DNA of 64,000 nt, from positions 2,304,001 to 2,368,000 of the forward strand of contig CBDAOI010000004.1 of assembly GCA_965198005.1 (NCBI GenBank). Direction: 5' to 3'. Source of the stretch: Spirochaetia bacterium. GTDB taxonomy: Bacteria; Spirochaetota; Spirochaetia; SZUA-6; Bin103. Shown here piece by piece: positions 22,258-32,025 of the stretch (position 1 is the first letter of the stretch; each line of letters opens with the position of its first letter). Both the position numbers and the translations under genes were made by a program. The notes below the pieces were generated by a model. It made no database searches. It was not told where the DNA came from and saw only the letters and a list, made by a program, of their open reading frames with translations.

Positions 22258-24098
22258 GCACGTCGCGTCCGTCGACGACAACGTCGATGCAGGGCCGGGG
22301 CCGGATGGGCATGGCCCCGTTCCAGTTCCACAGCGACGAGCACGCGGCGCACGTGGGCCGGACGCTGCGGCGCATGTTCGGCTACATGAGCACGATGCGG
22401 CTGGCGTTGATCCTGGTGGTGGTGCTGGCGGTGGCCGCGGCGATTACCGAGGCCGCGGCGCCCCTGCTGATCGCCCGCGGCGTGGACCAGCTCGAGGCGT
22501 TCCTGGACGGCGAAATTCCCGCCGGCCGCATCGGCTCCCTGTTCGCCGGCACCATGCTGCTGGTCCTGGCCCTCTACCTCGCAGGCTGGCTCACCAGCGC
22601 CGGCAGCCGCTACGCGCTGGTGGCGGTGGGTCAGCGGATGCTGCGGGAGCTGCGCACCCAGATCATGACCCGGGTGAATATGCTGTCGTTGAGCTACTTC
22701 GACCGCCACCAGACGGGCGATCTGCTGTCGCGCCTGACCAACGACACCGACGTGATCAACCGGGTGGTCGGCTGGGGCCTGTCGCGGCTGATGTCCAGTT
22801 TCCTCATGCTGTTCGCGATCCTGATCGGCATGCTGATGCTCAACTGGCGGCTCGCCCTGGCCAGCTTCCTGCTGTTGCCGATGATGTACGTCAGCACCGT
22901 GCTCTTCTCCAAGCGGGCGCGGAAGGCGTTTCGCGAGACCCGCAAGACGATCAGCGGCGTGAGCACCGAGCTGGAGCAGAACATCTCCGGCGCCCGCGTG
23001 GCGCAGGCATTCAACCGGCAGGCACTGAACTCGAGCAGCTTCCGAGAGCTGAACCGCGCCAACCGCGACGCCAACGTCGGCGCGGAGTCGCTGACCGCGG
23101 CGTTCGCCCCCACCATGGACCTGATCGGCGCCGTGGGGATCGCGGTGGTGCTGGCGTACGGCGGCTACCTGGCCGGCGTCGGGCTGGTCACGATCGGGGC
23201 GATCGTGGCCTTTCTCACCTACGTGCGGCGCATGTTCGAGCCGGTGCGCGCGATTTCGATGCTCTGGGCCCACCTGCAATCGTCGATCGCCGGCGCCGAG
23301 CGGATCTTCGAGCTGCTCGACGAGCAGCCGCAGGTGCGCGATCGGCCGGATGCGCTGCCGCTGGCGGTGGCGGCGGGACGGGTGGAGCTGCGCAACGTCC
23401 AGTTCGCGTACGAGGCGCACACGCCGGTGCTGCAGGGGCTGAGCCTGGTGGCGGAGCCGGGGCAGACCGTGGCCCTGGTGGGGCCGACCGGGGCCGGCAA
23501 GACCACCATCATCAGCCTGCTGGAACGGTTCTACGACGTCGACGGCGGCGCAGTGACGATCGACCGGCAGGATATCCGCGGCGTCACCCAGGACAGCCTG
23601 CGGAGTTGCATCAGCATCGTGCTGCAGGACACTTTCCTGTTCGCGGACTCGATTCGGAGCAACATCCGCTATGGCCGGCCCGACGCCGGCGACGCCGAGG
23701 TCGAGGCCGCGGCGCGGCGCGCGCGGGCGCACGACTTCATCGCCCAGCTACCGGACGGCTACGACACCGAGCTGCAGGAGGGCGCGACCAATCTCAGCCG
23801 CGGCCAGCGGCAGTTGGTCGCGATCGCCCGCGCGCTGCTCAAGGATCCGCGCATCCTGGTGCTGGACGAGGCCACCTCGAACGTGGATACCCGTACCGAG
23901 CTGTTGATTCAGGAAGCGCTGGGCGAGCTGCTGCAGGGGCGCACCAGCTTCGTGATCGCCCACCGTCTCAGCACCATTCGGCGGGCGGACCGAATCTACG
24001 TGATCGACGCCGGCCGGGTGGCCGAGTCCGGCACCCACGAGCAACTGCTGCACGCCGGCGGCATCTACGCCCGCATCCACCAGAGCCAATTCCGTTAG
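22254..24098 (+). CDS. ABC exporter, fused TMD-NBD subunit 2 (heterodimer partner)
   Basis: GPTGAGKT, LSRGQRQ, LDEATS, IAHR; GTGA overlap. Confidence 0.92.
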   Translation: MSTSRPSTTTSMQGRGRMGMAPFQFHSDEHAAHVGRTLRRMFGYMSTMRLALILVVVLAVAAAITEAAAPLLIARGVDQLEAFLDGEIPAGRIGSLFAGTMLLVLALYLAGWLTSAGSRYALVAVGQRMLRELRTQIMTRVNMLSLSYFDRHQTGDLLSRLTNDTDVINRVVGWGLSRLMSSFLMLFAILIGMLMLNWRLALASFLLLPMMYVSTVLFSKRARKAFRETRKTISGVSTELEQNISGARVAQAFNRQALNSSSFRELNRANRDANVGAESLTAAFAPTMDLIGAVGIAVVLAYGGYLAGVGLVTIGAIVAFLTYVRRMFEPVRAISMLWAHLQSSIAGAERIFELLDEQPQVRDRPDALPLAVAAGRVELRNVQFAYEAHTPVLQGLSLVAEPGQTVALVGPTGAGKTTIISLLERFYDVDGGAVTIDRQDIRGVTQDSLRSCISIVLQDTFLFADSIRSNIRYGRPDAGDAEVEAAARRARAHDFIAQLPDGYDTELQEGATNLSRGQRQLVAIARALLKDPRILVLDEATSNVDTRTELLIQEALGELLQGRTSFVIAHRLSTIRRADRIYVIDAGRVAESGTHEQLLHAGGIYARIHQSQFR

Positions 24099-24123
24099 CT
24101 GGCAGGTGATGCCCCGTGCGGAC

Positions 24124-25023
24124 TCAGATCGGCCGCGGGTCACGGCGGCCGCGCTGACCGAGCCCGGCGCCGCCGAACCGCCCCATCCGTCCGCGCAGCC
24201 GCGGGTCGAGCAGGTCGCGCACCGCGTCGCCCACCATGTTGAGGCAGTACACCGTCACCGTCAGGAACAGACCAGGCCACAGCGCCAGCCGCGGCGCCAG
24301 CCCCATGTACCTCCGCCCTTCGCGGCTCAGCATGCCGCCCCAGCTCGGTACGTTCACCGGCAGGCCGAAGCCGAGAAAGCTCAAGCTGGCCTCGGCGATG
24401 ATCACGCTGCCGACGTTGATGCTGAAGATCACGATCAGCGGCGCGGCGATGTTGGGCAGCACGTGGCGAATCAGGGTCCATGGCCGGCGCGCGCCGGCCG
24501 CCTCCGCGGCCTGGAAGTAGACGTTCTCCTTGACGCCGATCACCGCGCCCCGCACCACCCGCGACGCCGGAATCCCGCCGGTGACGCCGAGCACCACGAT
24601 CACCGTGACGATGCTGCGATCGACGAACGACATGATGGTGAGTAGCAGCAGCAATCCCGGGAACGACATCCACGCGTCGACGAAGCGCTGGGTGTAGACG
24701 TCGACCCTGCCGCCGATGAAGCCCGTGGTGCCGCCTATCAGCAGCGCCACGATGGTGTTCAGCACGGTCGCCGTCAGTCCCACCAGCAGCGACACCTGAG
24801 CGCCCTTGAGGATCCGCGCCAGCACGTCGCGGCCGGCGTGATCGGTGCCGAGCGGGTGCTCGGCCGAGGGCGCCTGCAAGCGGTCCTGCACGCGGCCGAT
24901 GTCGTACTCGTGCGGCGTCAGCCGCTCGGCGAAGATGGCGACGAAGATCAGCCCCAACAGAACGGCGCCGGCAGCGGCGCCGAGCGGCTGCTGCCGCAGC
25001 AGTCGACGGAAGAAGTCAGTCAA
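24124..25023 (-). CDS. peptide/nickel ABC permease (DppC/OppC type)
   Basis: HPLGTDHAGRD, RHVLPN, EASLSFLGFG, SWGGML, GDAVRDLLDPR. Confidence 0.92.
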   Translation of the reverse strand: MTDFFRRLLRQQPLGAAAGAVLLGLIFVAIFAERLTPHEYDIGRVQDRLQAPSAEHPLGTDHAGRDVLARILKGAQVSLLVGLTATVLNTIVALLIGGTTGFIGGRVDVYTQRFVDAWMSFPGLLLLLTIMSFVDRSIVTVIVVLGVTGGIPASRVVRGAVIGVKENVYFQAAEAAGARRPWTLIRHVLPNIAAPLIVIFSINVGSVIIAEASLSFLGFGLPVNVPSWGGMLSREGRRYMGLAPRLALWPGLFLTVTVYCLNMVGDAVRDLLDPRLRGRMGRFGGAGLGQRGRRDPRPI

Positions 25024-25081
25024 GGGTCGACGCCGGCCGCGTCACGCGCCGCCTCACCCACCGGAGCGCCGCTCGCGTCAA

Positions 25082-25127
25082 TGGTGGGGATGACCAGCAG
25101 CACCCGCCTGATCAGATACGCACGCAC
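25082..25127 (-). pseudogene. 15-codon N-terminal stub of a DppB-type permease
   Basis: GGAGG RBS, then MRAYLIRRVLLVIPT, matching the paralog starts MRPYIIRRLLLVIPT and MKAYVIRRLLLIVPT; rest deleted. Confidence 0.75.
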
Positions 25128-25227
25128 GTCAGCTCACCTCCACACTCGGTTGCACAAGAAAACGGGGTGGCAGGTCGGCAGGTCGTCCCCGCCACCCCGC
25201 GTCCGTTGGACCGTGTGCCGGCCGGGG

Positions 25228-26569
25228 TCAGTACCCCATTTCCCGCTTCAGGTCCTGGTCGAGCCAGATCCGCACGAGAACCTCGTTGCCAATGTCCCCG
25301 ATGGTCCTCTCGCCGTTCCAGCCCTTGACCCAGGGGTTGGCCAGCTGGAAATTCGGCGCCTTGTGGCCGTAGACCTGGAAGTGCTGCCGCATGATGTAAT
25401 CGTCGAACTCTTTCATGATCGCCGGTGGACATCTCGTAGAGCCCGCGGGCACGGCGATCGACCCAGGCGCCGGTGTCCATGACCGTGATCTCCACCTCCA
25501 CGCCGATTTCCTTCCAGTAGCCGGCCACGATCTCGACCCATCCGAGGTCGATCACATCGCGGTGGTCGTAGGTGACCTTGAACCGCACCCCGGCCGCGCC
25601 GCGCGCGTAGCCGGCCTCGTCGAGCAAGCGCTCGGCGTCCTGCGGATTGTAGGAGTACTCCGCCTGCAGATCCGCGGGCCGCTCCTCGAACGGAGTGTGC
25701 ATCTCGCCGAGCGCGGCGCCGACCCAGCCCTGCACCGTCGGGTAGGCGTACCCGCCGAAGTAGCTCTCGTTGATGGCATCGCGGTCGATGGCCATGTTCA
25801 TGGCCTTGCGCACGCGGACATCGTCGAACGGCGGCCGGCGGATGTTCATGCCCGAAACCTGAAAGGCGCGATCATAGAACGGGAATGCCTGAATGTCGGG
25901 GTTGGTCTCCGGTGGCAGGATCCAGACGCCGACCTCGGTGAGTACGTGGTTTGGCAAATCCAGGCGCGGCTCGGTCAGCTTGAACTCGACCGTGTACCGG
26001 TCGGTGGCCTCGATGAACTCCCACGGAAAGTTGCGGAGGGCGTAGGTGTACTCCGGCTTCCAGTCGAGCAGGCCACCGATACGGCGGTAGGTCCAGGCGA
26101 CGTCTTCGGCGGTCAGCTCGCGCCCGTTGACCGGCGGCTTGTCGTGCCAGTAAACGCCCTGCCGGACCTTGACGATGAACGTCTGCGGGTCGGGATTCGA
26201 CCAGCTCTCTGCCAGCCACCCGGTGAGTATCCGGAGCGGTCTGTACCAAGAGGTAAAGTCCCACTCGTCTCGCGGCGTGGCCCAGTTGGCGTGCGCCAGC
26301 TTCTCATTAACCGTCTGGATCTGAAAGCCGGCCCAGTGTCCGCCGATCGACGGATCCTGGTCCAAGAGCTCGTTCTTGGATGCGATGGTGAGGGTGCCGC
26401 CGTACTCGGGCGCGGTCACCATCTTGCCGGTGGCCGGGTCGCGCACCATCTCTTTCTCCATCGCCGCGGCCGGCTCCTCTTCCCCGGCCGCGCTCGCCCA
26501 GATGCCGGTCGCGGCCAGGACCAAGACCAACGCAACCGCGAAGATCATTTTGATGTTTACAATGTGCAT
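25228..26569 (-). pseudogene. family 5 (peptide/nickel) SBP 1, internal in-frame deletion near 25905 and frameshift near 25420
   Basis: APEYGGTL, LAESW, WHDKPPVNGRELTAED, PPFDDVRVRKAM. ILPPE is joined directly to TNPDI, so more than 100 aa present in the paralogs are missing. The C-terminus IWLDQDLKREMGY is in another frame. Confidence 0.85.
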
Positions 26570-26704
26570 ACGTAACTCCGTATGTTGGTTTCTATTGAGA
26601 GTATTGCGGAGCGACTTGCCGCTCCCTGCCTACTCTCGCGCCCGCAACGCAGGCGGCCAGTCAGAGTCATATTTGTGACGCGCGCGGCGTGTGACTCACC
26701 GGGT

Positions 26705-26740
26705 TCACGCCGCGCGCGCGTGCGGTTCTTTGAGTATCAT
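26705..26740 (-). CDS. leader peptide uORF2 MILKEPHARAA
   Basis: AGGAGG 5 nt before the ATG; conserved in the copy at 46455-46490. Confidence 0.65.
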   Translation of the reverse strand: MILKEPHARAA

Positions 26741-27021
26741 TTGCACCTCCTCATTTGGGTTCTTGGGCCATAGGGTGGCCTGCCAGATGCCCGACGGCGC
26801 GCACCGCCATGCGGGGAGGTAAGTCGGCCGAGCAACGAATGTGATGGACCGGCAACGCCGGCGGTCGGTTCTGCGACGGTGAGTTGGGGCGCGGGATTCC
26901 AGGACCGTTGCGGTGGTCAGCGAAAGAACGTGGACTGAGCCGGCGACACACGCAACGGGCCGCTACCCCGGTGCTGAAGGCGAAGGCCCCCGCGGGGCGA
27001 TCAGCCCGAGCGGCTAGTGAT

Positions 27022-27141
27022 CTACAGGATGTATGAGAGAAGTGGGGGGGTACGGGGTACGATATGATGTACCGGCTGCGTCACTGTCAACCGGCCACTC
27101 CGGCCACTGCGTTGAGTGTCGTCATGGCGCTTCGTCGGCAT
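27022..27141 (-). CDS. putative uORF1 MPTKRHDDTQRSGRSGRLTVTQPV...
   Basis: Frame and motifs shared with the other leader copies; starts about 20 nt below the -10 box. Confidence 0.45.
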   Translation of the reverse strand: MPTKRHDDTQRSGRSGRLTVTQPVHHIVPRTPPLLSYIL

Positions 27142-27163
27142 CCGTTCAACCCCTGAATTCCTC

Positions 27164-27192
27164 ATCGTTCCACGCTCGCCTAAAGATGTCAA
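27164..27192 (-). promoter_or_regulatory. sigma70-like promoter TTGACA-N17-AACGAT
   Basis: Read from the sequence; equivalent position in five leader copies. Confidence 0.6.
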
Positions 27193-27277
27193 GCGCCGGC
27201 TCCGGCCGTCCCGGCCGTCCGGCCGGGGGCTCCGGGGGCAGACGGCCACGCCGGGCTTCGGGTATCCTACAGGCCCG

Positions 27278-28276
27278 ATGCACGATGAGAATTACAAGCG
27301 GATCTTTGCCTTCCCGCGCGTGATCGAAGATCTCCTGCGCGCCTTCATTCCCGGCGACTGGCTCGAGGAGGTCGACTTTGCCACCCTCGGGAAACTGTCG
27401 ACCGAGTACATAAGCGACGAGCTGCTCAAACGCCACGGCGACAACGTATGGCGGATGCGCTTGCGCAAGAACTGGCTGTATCTGTTGTTGCTGGTGGAGT
27501 TCCAATCGACCGACGATCCGTTGATGGCGTTGCGGATACTCACCTACACCGGGCTGCTGTACCAGGAGTTGGCGCGCAACGGCCAGCTCGACGCCGACGG
27601 CCGGCTGCCCGCGGTGCTGCCGCTGGTGCTGTACAACGGCGACGAGCCGTGGGTGTCGCCGCTGCAGATGGGTGAACTGATCGCGCCGGTGGGGCCGTCG
27701 CTGGCGCCATATCAACCGGAGCAGCGTTGCTTCGTGCTTGACGAGCGGCGCCTACAAGCGGACGATTTACCGAGCCGCAACCGGATGAGCGCGGTGATCG
27801 CGTTGGAGCAGAGCCGATCACCGCGCGACGTGGCGCGGGTGGCGGAGATGTTGGCAGCGTGGCTGCCGGACCTGCAGGTGCGGCGGGCGTTCGCGGACTG
27901 GATGCGGCAGATCGTGGAGCGGCTGGTGCCGAGCGGCGTGGAGTTGCCGCCGATACGGAAGTTGGAGGACGTGAGTATGACGTTGGTGGAACGAGCGGCC
28001 GAGTGGTCCAAGGAGTGGCTGAAGGAAGGCCTTGAGCAGGGGATCGAGCAGGGGATCGAGCAGGGGATCGAGCGCGAACGAGTGCTGCTGTGCCGAATGA
28101 CGACGGCGCGCTTCGGCGTGGCCACCGCCGAACGCTTGGCGGAGCTGTTGGCGCCCATCACCGACACGGAGCGTCTGGCCAACGTCGGCGATTGGCTGGT
28201 GCAGTGCGACACCGGCACCGACTTCCTCGCCCGCGTGGGCGCGGCGCCGGCCGGAGGGAACTCGGACAGATCCTGA
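27278..28276 (+). CDS. Rpn/YhgA-like recombination-promoting nuclease (putative transposase)
   Basis: HDENYKRIF, DNVWR, LLVEFQSTDDPLMALRI, LPLVLYNG, C-terminal (EQGI)n 12-bp repeats. Confidence 0.9.
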   Translation: MHDENYKRIFAFPRVIEDLLRAFIPGDWLEEVDFATLGKLSTEYISDELLKRHGDNVWRMRLRKNWLYLLLLVEFQSTDDPLMALRILTYTGLLYQELARNGQLDADGRLPAVLPLVLYNGDEPWVSPLQMGELIAPVGPSLAPYQPEQRCFVLDERRLQADDLPSRNRMSAVIALEQSRSPRDVARVAEMLAAWLPDLQVRRAFADWMRQIVERLVPSGVELPPIRKLEDVSMTLVERAAEWSKEWLKEGLEQGIEQGIEQGIERERVLLCRMTTARFGVATAERLAELLAPITDTERLANVGDWLVQCDTGTDFLARVGAAPAGGNSDRS

Positions 28277-28377
28277 GCCAAGTTGGCGTGGTGGGCCCGG
28301 CTGCGCTGCAACACGCGCAGACGGGCGGTCCATCGCCACTGCTGCCCCGACTGACGTATCGGCGCTGACCACTGCGC

Positions 28378-28550
28378 CAAGGGTTTGCGCGAGCGGCTCG
28401 TCGTCGTCCGCCACGCCATGAAGAACGCGCTGATCCCGGTGGTCACCCTCATCGGGCTGCAGCTTCCGATCCTGGTGGGGGGCTCGGTCATCATCGAGAC
28501 GCTGTTTAACTTTAACTTTAACCTGCTGATCGACCTGCTGTACGCCTACC
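28378..28550 (+). pseudogene. DppB-type permease C-terminal fragment with internal deletion
   Basis: [31 protein letters not shown]...[14 protein letters not shown]. Confidence 0.8.
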
Positions 28551-28862
28551 TGCCTCGGCCAGGATCACGCCGCCGACGTTGATGCTGAAGACGATGATCA
28601 GGGGCGCCACGATATTGGGCAGGACATGGCGCACCAGGACCTGTCGCGTCGGCGCGCCGACCGCCCGGGCGGCCAGAAAAAAATCTCTGCCCTTCGTGGC
28701 CACCACCGCGCCTCTGACCACGCGCGAGCCGCCCACCCCGCCAGCGATCCCGAGCACCACGATGATCTGTGGCAGACCCTGCCCCGCGACCGACATGATC
28801 GTGAGCAACAGCAGCAGCCCCGGGAACGCCATCCAGGCATCGACGAAGCGCTGCACCGCCAG
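28551..28862 (-). pseudogene. internal DppC fragment, near-identical to 38647-38957
   Basis: VQRFVDAWMAFPG...GGVILAEA; direct nucleotide match to the intact paralog. Confidence 0.85.
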
Positions 28863-28947
28863 ATACTAGCCGACGGCTGGGGTGGATGGCGTAGGTCCCC
28901 ATTCGCGGAGGAGCATAGCCGGCCGTGGTGAATCGAGAGGTGACGCG

Positions 28948-29802
28948 ATGAGATTGGAGGGCAAGGTGGCGCTGGTGAGCGCGGCGGGGCGAGGAATCGG
29001 TCGGGGCATCGTCCTGGCGTTGGCACGCGAGGGGGCCGACATCGCGCTCAACTCATTTAGTGATGAGTCGACCGCGGCGGTGGCGGCCGAGGTCGAGGCC
29101 CTCGGCAGGCGGGTGTTGGCTGTGTCTGGCGACATCACCGCACCGCAGCAGGTGACGGCGCTCGTCGATGGCGCGATCGAGACGCTGGGCGGCATCGACA
29201 TCCTGGTGAACAACGTCGGCGGTGGCGCCCAGGACGCCGTGGACCCAGCGCACGGCCGGCTGGCCGAGGTGGCTGCGGCCTGGGACGGGACCTACCGGCT
29301 CACCCTGCGTGCCCCGGTGCTCATGTCCGAAGCGCTGGCTCCACACTTCTAGGAGCGCAAGGCGGGTCGGATCGTCAACATCGGCTCCAACGCCGGCCGC
29401 TACACCGGCTCGCAGCGGTCGCTCGCCTACGTCTCCTCTCCACAGTACGCGGCCATGAAGACGGCAATCACCAGCTACTCCCAGACCTTGGCGCGGCGGC
29501 TCGGCCCACACGGGGTAACGGTCAACTGTGTGTGCCCGGGCATCGTGCTGACGGACGCCTGGCGCGGGACCTCACGCCGGGTCGTGAAGCAGCTCGAGGA
29601 GTATCGGCACCTTACGCCTGAGGAATGGTTCGCGGGCATCGCCGAGAACAAGTACCCCGATTTCCTGGCGCCGGTTCCCCTCGGCGAGCTGCCAACCATC
29701 GAAGACGTGGCGCAGATGGTGCTGTTCTTCACCGTGCCGGAGTCGCGGCATCTGACTGCGCAGGTGGTCGCGGTTGACAGTGGTCAGGTGATGACCCGCT
29801 GA
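28948..29802 (+). pseudogene. SDR family oxidoreductase with in-frame TAG at 29350-29352
   Basis: SAAGRGIG, LVNNVG, GRIVNIGS, YAAMK, NCVCPG all in one frame across the stop. Confidence 0.85.
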
Positions 29803-29895
29803 CGGGAGCGTGGCGAAGCTGAAGGTACGACGACACCCGAGGAGGGACGAGAGACTGGCGCGGCTGGCGAGCGAAACCGGTCCCAGGGACAGTGC

Positions 29896-30302
29896 CTAGA
29901 GCAGCTTGTCTACGGCAACCAGGATCGCCACGGCGGCAGCGATGGCGGCGCCCAAGCGGATCGTCAACCGCTCCTGGAGCTTGCTGATCTCGCCGCGCAA
30001 GGTGGCCCCCATGTGATTCATATCGCCGCGCAGGGTGGCCAGCTCTTCCTTGGTGGCAAGTGTTGCGATCTCGCCACGCAAAGCTGCGAGCTCGTCCTTG
30101 GTGGCGAGGGTTTCGATCTCCCGGTGGACGCCTTGGAGCTCGCGGTGGAGGCCAGCGATGTCGTCCTTGGTGGCGAGGTTCTCGAACATGCCCTCGGCAA
30201 GGTCGACACCAGCACCCGCGCCTTGGTTTCATCGAAACCCGCTTCCTTTTGCAGCCGGGTGGCCGCCTTGAGGGTGTCGAAGGCTACCGCCACGCCGGCC
30301 AT
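29896..30302 (-). CDS. DUF1640/CCDC90-like coiled-coil protein with LATK repeats; frameshift near 30200
   Basis: AFDTLKAATRL..AGF, LATKDDI/LATKDEL/LATKEEL, C-terminal TM anchor. Confidence 0.75.
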
Positions 30303-30660
30303 GTTATTCCCCTGGCGGAGATCTGTACACCATCATTTCGTTACGTAAGTCATGTGGTAGTACAACGGTCCGCGCTCGCTGGCGCTTCACACCGGCGCCA
30401 CGCACGGACCCTACGGGTCCTTGGCGTTTAGGGTCCGCGCGCAGGGGCACGTGCACGCTGTCCGTATGGTATGCGGGTAAGGACGGCAGCGAACCCGCGG
30501 CTCTTTCAGTGCTCGCGCGCTAGGCAGCCCGTCTGGTCCGGCACACCGGCGCCCTTGCCCATGCTCGATCGGGCGCGCGTCAGTTTGGGCCCCCAAAAAC
30601 ACCATAAGGGTGGTCCGCTTCGCCGGGTTGAGAGGAACGCCGATTCGTGAGAGGAAGCGC

Positions 30661-31417
30661 ATGATGGAAACCGACATCCGCACCGCAGCCGTGATCGGCG
30701 GCGGCGCCATGGGACACGGCATCGCCGAGGTGCTCGCGCGCCGCTGTGAGCGCGTGTGGCTGCACGACGCGGTGCCGCAGGTGATCGAGCTGGCCGGGCA
30801 ACGGATCGGCGCATCGATCGCGCGGCTGCGACGGCACGGCCTGATATCCGAAGAGACCGCCGCCCGCATCCCGGAGCGCATCCGGACCACACCCGATCTG
30901 GGCGAGGCGGCGGCCGGGGCGCAGCTCGTGATCGAGGCGGTCTCCGAGAACCTGCCGCTCAAGCAGGAGCTGTTCGGCGAGCTCGACCGCATCACCGGAG
31001 CCGATACGATCTTCGCCACCAACAGCTCGAGCATGCGCATCGCAGACGTGATGAGGCAGGTCGGGGCCGGCCGCCAGGAGCGCCTGGTGGGGTCGCACTT
31101 CTTCCTGCCGGCGCAGATCGTGCCGCTGGTGGAGGTCTCGCGCACGCCGGCCACCAGCGACGAGGTGTTCGAGCAGATCGTGTCCCTGTGGCAGGCCTGT
31201 GGGAAGGAACCGATTCGCGTGCAGCGAGACGTCAGCGGCTACGCGCCTCGACGCCGGTCGCCAGCACCTGCTCGATCTGGCCGCGGCCGGCCACCTCGGC
31301 CTCAAGACCGGTCGCGGGTTCCTGGACTGGGACGACAAGGACCCGGAGACGACGGTGGCCGAGGGTGATGAGGCGCTGGCGCGGCTGGTGGCGCTCCTCG
31401 GGCTGGGGGCCGGGTAG
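30661..31417 (+). pseudogene. 3-hydroxyacyl-CoA dehydrogenase family, C-terminal domain largely deleted
   Basis: GGGAMGHGIA, VIEAVSE, ATNSSS, HFFLPAQIVPLVE, then a jump to GHLGLKTGRGFLDW in another frame. Confidence 0.8.
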
Positions 31418-31429
31418 CCGGGTAGCGCG

Positions 31430-32025
31430 GGACTTGCCCGAGCGTTTTCTCGGCCTCTAACGCCGCTCGCAAGTCGTCTAGGGTGGTGACGTTGTAGGAC
31501 CGCACGCCGAAGCCGCGCGCTACCTGGGCGAAATCGATGTGGTGGTAGTCGGTGGAGACGTAGTTCTGGTCGTAGTAATCGCGCTGTACGTGTTTGATCC
31601 AGCCGAGGGTGTCGTTAGTGAAGATGAAGGTGAGGATCGGCAGCTGGGCGCGCGTCATCACTTCCATCTCTTGCAGCGAGTAGCCGAAGCCGCCGTCGCC
31701 GGCGAAGTGCAGAATGCGACCCGGGTTGTCTTGCGCCCGCCGCGCCAGTGCGACTCCGACGGCCGCTGGGCTGCCCCAGCCAAGCCCGGCGAGGCCGCGC
31801 TCCGGCGCCCGGCGGCTGCGAAGGTGAGGTAGCATGCGGCCCAGCCGGAGGCGAGGCTGGCATCGGCTACCGCAGGGGCGCGGTCGGCTCACGGGCGGAG
31901 TCGGTCATCTCCTGGTACCAGCGGACGCGGGCATCGGTGTAGCCGGCCAGGTCCCAGCCGGTGCCGGTTGCAGAGCTTCGCCGGCGGCCAACACGGCGTC
32001 GAGGCCCACGGCGGTGTCGGCGATG
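31430..32025 (-). pseudogene. thiamine-PP enzyme (acetolactate synthase-like) fragment
   Basis: GLGWGSPAAVG, GDGGF...FTNDTLGW TPP motif; N-terminal part missing. Confidence 0.75.

Larger units (their letters stand above)
26570..27192 (-). promoter_or_regulatory. conserved SBP 5' leader, copy A (promoter, two uORFs, pseudoknot, hairpins)
   Basis: Block-wise homology over the whole length to 46319-47010; partial homology to 42174-42863, 37358-37647 and 32025-32127. Confidence 0.75.

Noticed and set aside
26570-27192. Known riboswitch (T-box, cobalamin, SAM, TPP)
   Set aside because: No consensus motif recognised by eye; cannot be fully excluded without an Rfam scan.
30324-30364. AT-rich imperfect palindrome upstream of the DUF1640 gene
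   Set aside because: Single occurrence and weak symmetry; cannot be assigned as an operator.
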